Positions 48,264 to 58,282 of a stretch of DNA of 64,000 nucleotides are shown here, in pieces. The stretch is from a virus. The translations under genes were made by a program, and so were the position numbers. The notes below the pieces were generated by a model that saw only the letters and a program-made list of their open reading frames with translations, did not search any database and was not told where the DNA came from. The first letter of the stretch is position 1; each line of letters opens with the position of its first letter. The stretch covers positions 1 to 64,000 of IMG/VR virus record IMGVR_UViG_3300002307_000002. One strand, given 5' to 3'.

Positions 48264-48569
48264 ATGAGTAACCTTACCAGAGAGAAAAGAATTGCCGCAT
48301 ACAAACAAGTATTAGCAGACCTCGAGAAAAACAGTGTTGCTGAACTTGATAGAGAAGCCAATGGGATTTTTGTGTGTAACAGACTGGCTGCAATCTGTAG
48401 TATTGGAGGGATAGACGTAGACTTCCCTGAATTTTATGCTCAGAAACCTAAAGTCCTAATACCTGCATACAATAAAGGCGGTGGATGGTGGAATATGTAT
48501 CACAAAGCCCCACGTATTGCAGCACTTCAAAAGGCTATCAAATTGGCTGAAAAAGGAGTGTACCCATGA
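48264..48569 (+). CDS. Hypothetical protein, paralog 1 (CNRL/DFPE/GWW family)
   Basis: Clear similarity to next two ORFs. Confidence 0.75.
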   Translation: MSNLTREKRIAAYKQVLADLEKNSVAELDREANGIFVCNRLAAICSIGGIDVDFPEFYAQKPKVLIPAYNKGGGWWNMYHKAPRIAALQKAIKLAEKGVYP

Positions 48570-48871
48570 GCAAACTAACAAAACGACAAAGATTGGCTGC
48601 TTACAACCGTGTATTACATGAGTTGAAGACATATACTGTAGCACAATTATCTTATAACGGTTCAAGCGGTGTATTTGTATGCAACAGGCTACGTCAAAGT
48701 TTTGGGAAAATTGATACAGAGAGAGATTTTCCAGAATTTTTCAAGCAAAGGCCGGTATGTATCAGTCGAAAAGCAGAGCAATGTGGAGGCTGGTGGGCAG
48801 AAAACAACAAAGCATCTCGTATCAAAGCTCTGCAAAGGGCTATAAAATTATGTGAGGAAGCTGTAAAATGA
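48566..48871 (+). CDS. Hypothetical protein, paralog 2
   Basis: MSKLT..QRLAAY...FVCNRL...DFPEF..Q.P...GGWW...RI.ALQ.AIKL. Confidence 0.75.
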   Translation: MSKLTKRQRLAAYNRVLHELKTYTVAQLSYNGSSGVFVCNRLRQSFGKIDTERDFPEFFKQRPVCISRKAEQCGGWWAENNKASRIKALQRAIKLCEEAVK

Positions 48872-49184
48872 GTAAATTAACAGTTGAGCAGCGGTTAGCT
48901 GTGTATGAGGAAGTACGCTTATTCTATCTTGAGGGCATCAATATTGCCTTTGTCCCTTTTTAGAGGTGTGTACCCATGCACTTGGATTTGGTGGAAATGG
49001 AAGAATACACATCGAAGATTTTCCCGAAGTACTTCAGCAAAAGCCTGAACATGTATCTAAAAGTGAACGATGGTGGCCCCCTTATCCTTTTAATGAATTT
49101 GGGCCAGATTTTATAAAGCCTCGATTAGCTGCTGTAGAGATAGCTATTGAGACATGTAAAAATATCAAAGATGATACCGCATGA
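48868..49184 (+). pseudogene. Paralog 3, frameshifted
   Basis: MSKLTVEQRLAVY.. stops at TAG 48961-48963; the homologous DFPE/RWW/PRLAA half continues in the -1 frame. Confidence 0.65.
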
Positions 49185-49728
49185 ACATGTATACGATTTC
49201 CTGCTTGCAGGAAGGTGTGAGGTGACTTTTCATAACACCTCTACCGGTAACCAGTTTAAAGCTCACATCAACGGTTACCCATCCCGCAAAATATCTAAAT
49301 CCAATTTACCATTCACCGGGTGGACTGTAAGAAACGCCGGTTTCAGAAAGCTCGGATACATACGTGGTGATGTTTTCATTCCAGAGGGAGAGATAACAGA
49401 AGATACACGTCGGTTTAAATGGGTTTGGAACCACATTGTAAACAAAACTATCCCACCTGAGCTTGAGGTGATGCACCACGGCAGATGTTCTTATTGTAAC
49501 AGACCATTGACAGATGCTGAGAGTATCAAAGTTGGTATTGGGCCTGTATGCAGGAGTAAGCTGGCATTTGGAGAAATCCTGTATGCTAAGTCTTCACCAG
49601 CTACTATCGAGGAACCAGTTGAGCCTGCAGAACCCGAAGGAATGTGGGATGGTATTCAAGAATTACCTATCACACCTCATGTTACAGCTGATAGCTATAC
49701 GTGGGATGAGGTGTTTAAAGACTTTTAA
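49171..49728 (+). CDS. DUF6011-like zinc-finger protein
   Basis: HGRCSYCNRPLTDAESIKVGIGPVC. Confidence 0.8.
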   Translation: MIPHEHVYDFLLAGRCEVTFHNTSTGNQFKAHINGYPSRKISKSNLPFTGWTVRNAGFRKLGYIRGDVFIPEGEITEDTRRFKWVWNHIVNKTIPPELEVMHHGRCSYCNRPLTDAESIKVGIGPVCRSKLAFGEILYAKSSPATIEEPVEPAEPEGMWDGIQELPITPHVTADSYTWDEVFKDF

Positions 49729-49730
49729 TT

Positions 49731-49991
49731 ATGAAACCATACATGATATTCTTCCGTGAAGTAGACCAGGAGCACTTCATCTTCAACGGAGAATGGCCGA
49801 TAGCTTTTGGCCCTCAGAGCCTGGCTTTTGGAGCAAAGGATAAGAAGACTCCCCCAGACGTGGCTATCAGGAATACAGAGCCTCACATTCCATTGCTGAA
49901 TGAGGTGCTGCATAATCCCCGTAAGAAGACATTCCTGATTAACAAACAACGTTACCAGGTAATACACCGGGCTAAATTCCTTGCAGAATGA
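49731..49991 (+). CDS. Hypothetical protein
   Basis: 86 aa, tightly packed in operon. Confidence 0.6.
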   Translation: MKPYMIFFREVDQEHFIFNGEWPIAFGPQSLAFGAKDKKTPPDVAIRNTEPHIPLLNEVLHNPRKKTFLINKQRYQVIHRAKFLAE

Positions 49992-50212
49992 GTAAAGCAT
50001 ACGACCAGTTTAACACGCAGGTTAAAGAAGGAGATACAATAATCTGGGCTCCTTACAAGTATTTGTACATCGGTAAAGTTTTGCATATCACAGAAGGTGG
50101 GAATATTAAAGTCCGGATGTACAATAAAGTACTGGGCGAGTTTATCCCTAACGGTGTGTCGCTTATAAGAACCTGGAGGTACATGGTAATACCGATGGAA
50201 TTGCCAAAATAG
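49988..50212 (+). CDS. Small SH3/KOW-like protein
   Basis: DQFNTQVKEGDTI...IGKV..IT. Confidence 0.6.
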   Translation: MSKAYDQFNTQVKEGDTIIWAPYKYLYIGKVLHITEGGNIKVRMYNKVLGEFIPNGVSLIRTWRYMVIPMELPK

Positions 50213-50270
50213 TATCTCAGCTCCATAAGCAGTCAGCTGAGTATGGAGAGTTAACCACAATCTTTGACCC

Positions 50271-50597
50271 ATGGAAGCAATAGCAGTTTATAATGCTGAT
50301 GAAGGTAAGCTGGTAGCTGTGTTTAATTGTATCAATTTTGCAGCTGAATTCATTTGCCAGAAAGGCGGGCATAGCTACAGCCATCACAAATCAACGTATG
50401 TCTACAATTGTTTGAATGGTAGCGCTCGCAGGATACTTCCAAAAACTTCTGGATTACCCTTTAAAGCAGCGGTAAGGTACGCCAACAACCAACAGCTTGA
50501 GGAATTAGGCACTCAACCTTATATTCTCAAAGACCTCTCATTCAAACAGAAAGTAGAACAGATTTACAAATTCACGTTAAACCGTGTATATCATTGA
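50271..50597 (+). CDS. NUMOD1-like DNA-binding domain protein
   Basis: IAVYNADEGKLVAVFNCINFAAEFI resembles NUMOD1. Confidence 0.5.
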   Translation: MEAIAVYNADEGKLVAVFNCINFAAEFICQKGGHSYSHHKSTYVYNCLNGSARRILPKTSGLPFKAAVRYANNQQLEELGTQPYILKDLSFKQKVEQIYKFTLNRVYH

Positions 50598-50794
50598 GTA
50601 TGGAGCATGATGTGCAGGGAGAACCTGCAATGGCACGGTAGTCCTTTCCAGGAGTAAGCTGATAAGTGAGGTTTTAGACGCAGGAACACTTTTTCCCTCA
50701 CAGCTTTTGAAACACTCATACTCAACCTCTTAGCTTTAAGCCGTGACCAGCAACGTAAGTTGAAGTCTGGCGGGTGACGTGAGACTCGTTGCCC
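50594..50794 (+). ncRNA. Structured RNA(s) directly upstream of tmRNA
   Basis: TTGAGTATG/CATACTCAA closing helix; TGCAGG/CCTGCA; GTGAGG/CCTCAC; CAAC-GTAA-GTTG; GGGTGACG-TGAGACT-CGTTGCCC. Confidence 0.55.
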
Positions 50795-50799
50795 AATTC

Positions 50800-51258
50800 G
50801 GGGGTGTACTTGGTATTGACAGCAAGTAATAGACTGGTATCACATGCAAGGCTTGGGAGAGCCAAACAACTCCTAAACAACAACTGACACACGTCAAACT
50901 GAAGGCGCTGCCATCATCCGTATGGCATTTGCTTCTGAGAAAGCTGTAGCAGCTTAATCAGGTGCCTGACCAGCATTCTATAAGGTTGATAGTTTGTACG
51001 TTCTATCGGGCCAAAAATGTACATCAACAGTTTTCAGCTTCTGTCAAAAGCTGATGGTGGAGTCGGCCCGCGGGAAACCAACGGCCCCAATTAGTAATCA
51101 GAGTGTTTACGAGGTAGTAACGTAATTAAATATATTACTGGCACACCGCAAGGAACAAATTATAGCCTCAGATTAACCGTGATGGGTAACATCTAAGCAT
51201 GTAAGAAAGGTATCAGGGTATTCTTGTTTGGACGCCGGTTCGACTCCGGCCACCTCCA
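50800..51258 (+). ncRNA. ssrA: tmRNA
   Basis: GGGGGTG/CACCTCC acceptor with G3-U70, GGTATTGAC 5' motif, GCCGG-TTCGACT-CCGGC T arm; tag frame 50886-50957 DTRQTEGAAIIRMAFASEKAVAA*. Confidence 0.92.
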
Positions 51259-51286
51259 CAATTATCCAACAACTAAAATCAATTTA

Positions 51287-51769
51287 ATGAAATTTACAGT
51301 AGACATTGAAGAGTTTTACCTCGAAGGAGGGGAAGAAACTGAAGTAAGTATAGCTAAAGAGCTGCATAAAGGGATTGTCCGGGATGTTGTATATCAAATC
51401 CGTGAGCAAATCAAAACTCTGGTTAACACTACAATTGAAGCAGAAGCCCGTAACCAAATTATCAACACAATGGTTCCTACTATTCAGCTTACGATGGAGG
51501 AGTTCATCAAAACTGGTATTGTTAGAGGCCGTTATAGTACAGATCCTCCCAGAACGTATGCTCAGTTTCTTGAAGACTCAGTTGTTAACAGTAACCCTTG
51601 GAGAACAATGGAAGCCTACATTAAGAGCTTAGTTCATACCCAGGCTGAAAAGCTTTCCAAAGAGTTCAAAGAGCGCTATGATGTAGCGTTTGCGACAAAG
51701 CTGGTGATGAGGCTTGGAGAACAAGGCATGTTGAAAGATAATGTTGCTGAGCTTCTGCTCAAGCAATAA
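51287..51769 (+). CDS. Hypothetical protein
   Basis: Likely start MKFTVDIEEF. Confidence 0.7.
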   Translation: MKFTVDIEEFYLEGGEETEVSIAKELHKGIVRDVVYQIREQIKTLVNTTIEAEARNQIINTMVPTIQLTMEEFIKTGIVRGRYSTDPPRTYAQFLEDSVVNSNPWRTMEAYIKSLVHTQAEKLSKEFKERYDVAFATKLVMRLGEQGMLKDNVAELLLKQ

Positions 51770-51799
51770 GCGTTTGGTTTTCGCTATTTGCTCATTACC

Positions 51800-51826
51800 G
51801 CCCTGTGTTTCCACATGGGGCTTTTT
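51800..51826 (+). terminator. Intrinsic terminator
   Basis: GCCCTGTG/CATGGGGC stem followed by T-run. Confidence 0.6.
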
Positions 51827-51843
51827 ACTCTAAACTATTAAGT

Positions 51844-52281
51844 ATGAAGGTGATTTATCGTTGTGAGCTATGTTCCAATGATTATTATGTAGCTCAACAA
51901 GCAGAGAAATGTGAAGCTCGAGGAGTTTTTGATTTTAGCAAGTTTACAGTGGGAATGATGTTTGAATATTACCATAGTGGTTTTATAGGAATATTTGCTA
52001 TACCACCAAATACTGGTGAGCCTCATGGTAACAGGCATCTTGGAACTATATCTTACTGGGCATGTAGAACTCCCCAGTACATGGGAGACAGTTTAGGCGA
52101 ATATTTATGCGGAGGAGATTTAGTTTCAAGTGATAGTGAAGCGCTTGCTAAATATATTCAACATCGCACCGTAGATACTAAACTAAATTGTCCAGAATTT
52201 ACCCGTATGGTAGATTATTTACGTAGTCAAGGTATAACACCATCTTACTATGACAAAATTGGAGTTAAGCACATTTTATAA
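51844..52281 (+). CDS. Hypothetical protein with N-terminal CxxC
   Basis: YRCELC...AEKCE. Confidence 0.65.
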   Translation: MKVIYRCELCSNDYYVAQQAEKCEARGVFDFSKFTVGMMFEYYHSGFIGIFAIPPNTGEPHGNRHLGTISYWACRTPQYMGDSLGEYLCGGDLVSSDSEALAKYIQHRTVDTKLNCPEFTRMVDYLRSQGITPSYYDKIGVKHIL

Positions 52282-52441
52282 TTTTCCAGATTTACACACT
52301 GCTCACCGCGTATCTGGGCCGGATTGAAGCTTTGAAAGCAGCTTTGATAGAACGTAACAGAGTGAATTTAAAACCTGATGTTATGCGTGATATTAACTGG
52401 GACTAAACCCTGCAAGCAAACATTATTTTCCGCTATGGTGT

Positions 52442-52473
52442 GCCCGTCTCTTAGGAGTAAGAGGCGGGTTTTT
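52442..52473 (+). terminator. Intrinsic terminator
   Basis: CCCGTCTCTT/AAGAGGCGGG followed by T-run. Confidence 0.7.
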
Positions 52474-52531
52474 AATCTCTTTTTAAGGTAGGGGCATTAG
52501 TTACCTGCCTAACTTAGTACAATCATAATCA

Positions 52532-52933
52532 ATGAGTTCAGTATCGACCCTACTCAACATCTACGGTGAAAGCCAGGTTGAGATAGTTTTTAATGACCCA
52601 AGCATTTTTGAAGCAGCGAAAGTGCATTTACAGAAAACCATAGAGCCAAAAGTTAGGGCTTATATCGAAAGCTTGAACATTCCCGAACGATTGAAGGAAG
52701 TTACAGCACTCGATGTATTGGAAAAAACCGAAGTCAATTTCATGCCTAATGCGCTTAGAGAAGCACTGGCCACTGAGATTGATAGCCTTACTACAGCTTC
52801 TGACGTGCAGAAGACATGGTTATTTACCCATTTCCTGTTTACATTCTATGAAGCTTCTGTGCATGCGGTGCAAAAGATATTTGCAAAGCGGGCCCAGGAG
52901 ATTGCCAATAGCAGCAGGATAATCAAACCTTAG
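52532..52933 (+). CDS. Hypothetical protein
   Basis: 133-aa ORF. Confidence 0.65.
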   Translation: MSSVSTLLNIYGESQVEIVFNDPSIFEAAKVHLQKTIEPKVRAYIESLNIPERLKEVTALDVLEKTEVNFMPNALREALATEIDSLTTASDVQKTWLFTHFLFTFYEASVHAVQKIFAKRAQEIANSSRIIKP

Positions 52934-52936
52934 TGT

Positions 52937-53353
52937 ATGGATTCACTCCGTGAATTACTGGATACTTCCATGATGGAGAAGTGTCCAGCTGAAACTACTA
53001 TGTACAATCTCATAGGAATTTCAAGAGAAGCACAGGAAGCCTGGATTACTGCAGCTTCTGAGTTAATGAAAGAATACCAGGTTGTATTGGATGCTAATGT
53101 TCAGCAGATAAGCTATAAAGCAAATGGGGAATATTTACTTATCACACCTTCTATGTATGAAGACTTAGCTAATTTGGCTGATAAGGAATTTCCCGAGCTG
53201 GGTATAGCACAAAGAACGATACTCTGGTGGGTTTCAATGAATTGCTGGGTAAATTTTGCTAATAACCAGGCAGCTACCTATGCTTACAAACAACTTATAA
53301 AAGACAGGACAAATGGAAACAACGAACAAACCCTTGACACACAAGGAAATTAA
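52937..53353 (+). CDS. Hypothetical protein
   Basis: 138-aa ORF. Confidence 0.65.
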   Translation: MDSLRELLDTSMMEKCPAETTMYNLIGISREAQEAWITAASELMKEYQVVLDANVQQISYKANGEYLLITPSMYEDLANLADKEFPELGIAQRTILWWVSMNCWVNFANNQAATYAYKQLIKDRTNGNNEQTLDTQGN

Positions 53354-53648
53354 AGAGCTGAGCAAAGGTGTGCATGAAACCTCAGGCCCTAACAGGCAGG
53401 AGCGCAGAATGGTAAAGCAGGCTATGCCAGGCAACAACCGTAAAGCAACCAAAGGCCGACAGAAGCAGGTAACTGATATTGTGGCACCTGAAATGAAATT
53501 CGGCGAAAAGATACTGGTGCCAACAGGTTTTGTAAGGCGTGTCATTCACCGTGTTGTGGAAGCCAAGAAGGATAAGGTACGCTCTAAGGTGCTTACCAAA
53601 GTGTATGAGGCCCGTAACCCGGTAACAGATAGCGATACCGCTAATTAA
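53313..53648 (+). CDS. Basic hypothetical protein
   Basis: Lys/Arg-rich, NRQERR motif. Confidence 0.6.
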   Translation: METTNKPLTHKEIKELSKGVHETSGPNRQERRMVKQAMPGNNRKATKGRQKQVTDIVAPEMKFGEKILVPTGFVRRVIHRVVEAKKDKVRSKVLTKVYEARNPVTDSDTAN

Positions 53649-53669
53649 TTAACAGCTTAAACAAATCGA

Positions 53670-53972
53670 ATGTTTGGATTTTTGAAACGAAAGAAAGGAA
53701 TTGCCCCAACAAACAACGGGGATGGATTGGGATTGGAGCATGCTGTTACTACACCTATGGATTTTGACTATGTGATTGATCAGTTCAACCATTTGAGTGA
53801 CAGGGCCAAAGCCACTTTGCTTTACAGACTGGTTGAAGTGATGCCATACAAAGTTGCACATACATTTCACACTTACTTAAAAGGGAGGCTGTATGGTAAC
53901 AGTGATGACAGCAGACCGGAAAAGGTTAATTCTACGGGAAGTAAGAAAGCCTCTGCAGCAAGTAAGTCCTAA
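53670..53972 (+). CDS. Hypothetical protein
   Basis: 100-aa ORF. Confidence 0.55.
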   Translation: MFGFLKRKKGIAPTNNGDGLGLEHAVTTPMDFDYVIDQFNHLSDRAKATLLYRLVEVMPYKVAHTFHTYLKGRLYGNSDDSRPEKVNSTGSKKASAASKS

Positions 53973-54387
53973 TTGGTACAACAGTCTTTACAAATCCTTA
54001 TCCAATGTCAGATATGCAGCATATAGCAGGAAAGCAGTTCCTGATATAGAAACCCTGAAACTACAGTTAGAAGCAGACCCTTATATTCACATATACACAA
54101 TCCTTTCACATTACCCCATATTTTCTCAAGCTGATGAGGAAAACATCAGGTTGGGTAAGCAGTCCCGTGCATTTCTGGAAGACAGCCAGAGGGTACGGAT
54201 AGGGGATGATTGGTATATAGATGAGTTCGGCTTTTATGTGTATCTGGTGTCAAGATTAGGATATGAACAAGACCAGGACAGGCGGTATGACACCCCTGAA
54301 CCTGAATTATTTAACCTTGAACATGTAGAACATGATATATGTGATAGGAAACCCGACAGAATGGATTCCCGAATATCAACCGGGTAA
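53893..54387 (+). CDS. Hypothetical protein
   Basis: 164-aa ORF; start uncertain. Confidence 0.55.
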   Translation: MVTVMTADRKRLILREVRKPLQQVSPNWYNSLYKSLSNVRYAAYSRKAVPDIETLKLQLEADPYIHIYTILSHYPIFSQADEENIRLGKQSRAFLEDSQRVRIGDDWYIDEFGFYVYLVSRLGYEQDQDRRYDTPEPELFNLEHVEHDICDRKPDRMDSRISTG

Positions 54388-56521
54388 GTGGGAAGACTTC
54401 GCAAGCTGGTTGGAAAAGCTACCAGAGGTAGAATTTGACATTGAGACTAATCCATCTGACTGGTGGTGTGACAAACAGGTTATCACTGTACAGTTTGGCT
54501 GGGCCGGGATTGAGTGGGTACTGCAATGGAGTGAGCTTACAGATGAGCAAAAAGCCTTCATCAAATCTAAACTGGAAGACAAGAAACTATGCAAACTCAT
54601 TCACAATGCTCAGTTTGAGTGTGTGGTAATGCTATTCCATGGCATCCGTGTTCAGAATGTGTATGATACTATGCTGGCTGAGATGGTTTTACAGGGCGGG
54701 GAACATGAAGTCGGTTATGGCCTGGACGATGTATGCTTCCGCTATCTGCTAACCATGTTGGATAAAAGTCAACAGACAGCTTTTGGCGATAACATCCTCA
54801 CTTCTGAGAAGGTGATATATGCCGCGCAGGATGTGAAACATCTGGCTAACATACGTACAGCTATTCGCCAGCAGGCTATTCAGCTGAACTATGACACCTT
54901 CGATAAAGTGGTGGAGCTGGAGAATAATTGTGTACCAGCTTTTGCCGAGATGGTGTATCATGGCATGGAAATCGACCAGCCGTGGTGGCGTAGTCTTCAA
55001 GCTGAGGCAGAACCATTGGTAGCAGCAGCTCAGGAGAAACTCAATGAGTGGCTGAAACAAGAGCCGTTTTACAGCAAGGCTATCGAGCTGGGGTATATTT
55101 CCATTAAAGACAGGCTTCTGTTAAACTGGAACAGTCCTAAGCAGAAAGACCAGGTGTTTGCTGACATCTACCCAGAACTGCCGGGCACGTCCAAGGCTGT
55201 ACTCAAACGCTGGCAGAGTGATAAGCTCAAGGCTGGATTACCGGTGCCTTCCTGGCTGCCTTATTACCTCGATGGAGATACTTCAGAAGTAACTAAAGAC
55301 CTGATGGAGCATCACCGGGATTACCTGATAACTAATCATCAGCTTATACCTGCAGAGACTCCGTCCTTGAATTGGGGCAGCACTGACCAGGTATTGCCGC
55401 TTGTTAAGCTTGTTGAGCCTCAGGTTAAGGATTTATCGAAAGAAACTAAGGGCAGGTGTGCGCACCCTATTGTAGCAGACCTTGATGATTATCTTGATAC
55501 CCTCAAGCTGATAGGGACTTATGGTGAGGCGTTTCTTACAGGCAATCCAAAGGCTAAAGATAGCAAGCCTAAGGTAGAGCCAGATGGTAAAGTTCGTACC
55601 TCTTTTACCCAGGTAATGACGACAGGACGGGTTTCGAGTAAAAAGCCGAACATGCAAAACATCCCTGCGAAGGAAACTGTAGGCAATAAATACCGTAACG
55701 CTTTCATACCAGAAAAAGGCTGGGTGTTTGTCTCATCAGATTATGTTAGCCAGGAGCTTATCAATATTGCATACCTCTCTAAAGACCCTGTATGGATTGA
55801 TGCTTTGAGTAAGGGCCAAGACCTGCACAGTGTAGCTGCAGAGCTCGTATACGGTAAGAAATGGCGGGAAGCTGCTGAGCAAGGTTGTGCTTACTATCAG
55901 AAGAACAAGCAAAAATGCTCTTGTAAACGGCACAAGTACCTACGCACTGGGGTAAAATCTATCAATTTCGGTTTGGCCTACGGAATGTCCCATTTCAAGC
56001 TCGCATCTGAGTTACGTATTACAGTGCCAGAAGCTAAAAAATTGATTGAGGACTACTTCAATGCTTTCCCAGGGTTGAAAAGTTTGCTGGATTACTTTGG
56101 TCGGTTTGGTGTCGAGAAAGGATATATACAGACTATTAAACCTCTATATCGCAGGCGCTGGTTCCCAAACCACAAGTTTTACACCCGTTTTATTGACGCT
56201 CACCTTCAAGGAGCACAGTATCATGGTGGCCTTGGAGAAATTGAACGGGCGTCAAAAAACATGCCAATACAAGGCACGGCTGCTGACTCGATGAAGGAAG
56301 CAGTTATACGGGCCTACAATTACATTCACGATAACCAGCTTCAGGATAAGGTACATATGAAAATGCAGGTGCATGACCAACTTGATTGTGAGGTTGTAGA
56401 GGATTTTGCCCAGGAATGGAAAATCATCCAAACCAAACTTCTTGAGGATGCTGCTCTTGTGTTCATACCTACTGGCCTTTTGAAAGCTGAAACAACAATC
56501 ACTCCCCGGTGGAGCAAGTAA
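54332..56521 (+). CDS. polA: DNA polymerase family A with 3'-5' exonuclease
   Basis: FDIET, HNAQFE, YAAQD exo motifs; TGRVSS..PNMQNIP, SDYVSQEL (A), KSINFGLAYG (B), QVHDQL (C). Confidence 0.95.
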   Translation: MIYVIGNPTEWIPEYQPGKWEDFASWLEKLPEVEFDIETNPSDWWCDKQVITVQFGWAGIEWVLQWSELTDEQKAFIKSKLEDKKLCKLIHNAQFECVVMLFHGIRVQNVYDTMLAEMVLQGGEHEVGYGLDDVCFRYLLTMLDKSQQTAFGDNILTSEKVIYAAQDVKHLANIRTAIRQQAIQLNYDTFDKVVELENNCVPAFAEMVYHGMEIDQPWWRSLQAEAEPLVAAAQEKLNEWLKQEPFYSKAIELGYISIKDRLLLNWNSPKQKDQVFADIYPELPGTSKAVLKRWQSDKLKAGLPVPSWLPYYLDGDTSEVTKDLMEHHRDYLITNHQLIPAETPSLNWGSTDQVLPLVKLVEPQVKDLSKETKGRCAHPIVADLDDYLDTLKLIGTYGEAFLTGNPKAKDSKPKVEPDGKVRTSFTQVMTTGRVSSKKPNMQNIPAKETVGNKYRNAFIPEKGWVFVSSDYVSQELINIAYLSKDPVWIDALSKGQDLHSVAAELVYGKKWREAAEQGCAYYQKNKQKCSCKRHKYLRTGVKSINFGLAYGMSHFKLASELRITVPEAKKLIEDYFNAFPGLKSLLDYFGRFGVEKGYIQTIKPLYRRRWFPNHKFYTRFIDAHLQGAQYHGGLGEIERASKNMPIQGTAADSMKEAVIRAYNYIHDNQLQDKVHMKMQVHDQLDCEVVEDFAQEWKIIQTKLLEDAALVFIPTGLLKAETTITPRWSK

Positions 56522-56653
56522 TTATGAAGAACAATTTCAAATCTCTCAATGGCTATGTCACAGCTTTAGTAAAGATGCAAAGTGGTAAAACTCCGCTACA
56601 ACTTCTACTGGAACAAAAGCTGGTGGAGAGACTTAAAAAGCAATCGTCATCCT

Positions 56654-57037
56654 ATGTTGGTAAACCGTAAAACAATTGACCAGGTAGCCCAGACACCATT
56701 AATTGTTCATGTACGGGCAGAGCTGGTGTACTTCTCAGCTTCCACAGCTGCAAAGCTGGATATTACAGGAGGGGATTACATACACTTCAACAATGATGAG
56801 GAACACTGGACATTCTGGGTGAACAATGACCCGGATGGTTTCCTCTGTACCTCTGAGCACAATGGGTCAGTGAGAGTGTTCTCCAGACCGTTGGCTCAGC
56901 TCATACTGAAGTCTGTAAAGAAATCCCCGGTGGCTCAGTTTTATGTGATAGAAACAATGGCCAAGCTGGATGGAAGTAAGGTATTTGAAATCTTAACAAA
57001 CAAAACCGTGAAAGAAACGGGAAAGGAGACAGTATGA
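56654..57037 (+). CDS. Hypothetical protein
   Basis: Likely start MLVNRK. Confidence 0.6.
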   Translation: MLVNRKTIDQVAQTPLIVHVRAELVYFSASTAAKLDITGGDYIHFNNDEEHWTFWVNNDPDGFLCTSEHNGSVRVFSRPLAQLILKSVKKSPVAQFYVIETMAKLDGSKVFEILTNKTVKETGKETV

Positions 57038-57897
57038 TATTTTCAATAAGCGGAAGAGCAGGTGCCGGTAAAGATACAGTAGGCAAGCTCATACAGTGGT
57101 ATTTCTATAAAGAACGTGCTAAACAGATTCCTACTTTATTAAAAAATCAAGAAGTTTTATTGTCTTTGGATAGCTGGTTAAGTTTAGGTATAGCGGAAGT
57201 ACAAACTTCTCAATCAGGCTGGAAGATTGTAAAATGGGCCACAGCACTACGTCAGGTAGCAGCTATTCTGCTTGGTATGCCTGAAGAGTTTCTGTACACG
57301 GATGAGTTCAAACAAATGGTGTTGCCTGACTGTTGGTCAACAACTTCAGGTAAAGATGGTATTCATACACTATCTGTTGGTATGACTGGCCGTGAATTCC
57401 TTCAAAAGCTGGGTACAGATGCAATCAGGAGTGGCCTCCATCCACAGACGTGGGTGAATGCTTTGATGAGCAAGTATAAAACTGTAAGAGGCTGTGGTCA
57501 GCGTTGTGCAAGAAGCGAAGAAAACAATTGCTCAGAGGAATGTATATCAGCTGATTGGTGCTACAATGCTGTTTATCCAAGCTGGATTATTACCGACACC
57601 CGTTTTCCAAATGAGCTTGAAGCTGTTAAACAGGTAGGCGCTGTAAGCATTCGGGTTAATCGGCCAGCGGTGCATTACCAAAATCATGCAGGCATACTAA
57701 CACCTTTACACCCTTCTGAGACAGCTTTAGATGATGCAGAATTCGACTTCACGATAGATAATACTGGCTCGATAGACCAGCTTGCAGAGCAGGTGAAGGC
57801 CATTGTTCAATCCACACTTAAATCTAACGAAAATGCAAACAGCAGAATTAACTCCGAAGACAACGACACCGAGGCTCCAAGCCGTACAGAAGAATGA
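57034..57897 (+). CDS. Deoxynucleoside monophosphate kinase
   Basis: SGRAGAGKDT, REFLQKLGT, IITDTRFPNE, HPSE. Confidence 0.9.
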   Translation: MIFSISGRAGAGKDTVGKLIQWYFYKERAKQIPTLLKNQEVLLSLDSWLSLGIAEVQTSQSGWKIVKWATALRQVAAILLGMPEEFLYTDEFKQMVLPDCWSTTSGKDGIHTLSVGMTGREFLQKLGTDAIRSGLHPQTWVNALMSKYKTVRGCGQRCARSEENNCSEECISADWCYNAVYPSWIITDTRFPNELEAVKQVGAVSIRVNRPAVHYQNHAGILTPLHPSETALDDAEFDFTIDNTGSIDQLAEQVKAIVQSTLKSNENANSRINSEDNDTEAPSRTEE

Positions 57898-58282
57898 CCC
57901 TGAATGCCGCTGCTGTGGCCGGGGACGTGAAATCATCTGCCCTACCTGTGCCCAGCTTATGGAAGATGGGTACGCCTTTCTTATTGAAGTCAAAGAAGGT
58001 GGTACGGCAGAACGTAAAAGCCCCACTGGGTTTGTGATAGCAGTGCATACCGACAATCTGTATGAGAACAAAGATGCAGATTATCCTATGCAGCCACACA
58101 TCATTTATTTCATCCAGGTCAGTGACCTTAAAAACTTTATGCGTGGAAGATATTTTGAATTTAACAAAACCGCCAGTCACATCCCTACCAGATTTATTGG
58201 CCAGCCCTACAGACGTCCAGCTCACGCCCCATCAGCAAGAAAGCCTGAACACGCTGCTTTGCTTCCTCACGGGGAAAGTTAA
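57833..58282 (+). CDS. CxxC zinc-ribbon protein
   Basis: CRCCG....ICPTC. Confidence 0.55.
   Translation: MQTAELTPKTTTPRLQAVQKNDPECRCCGRGREIICPTCAQLMEDGYAFLIEVKEGGTAERKSPTGFVIAVHTDNLYENKDADYPMQPHIIYFIQVSDLKNFMRGRYFEFNKTASHIPTRFIGQPYRRPAHAPSARKPEHAALLPHGES

Noticed and set aside
54332-56521. Intein in PolA (also checked TerL and DnaB)
   Set aside because: Normal lengths and motif spacing; no C...HN splice motifs seen.
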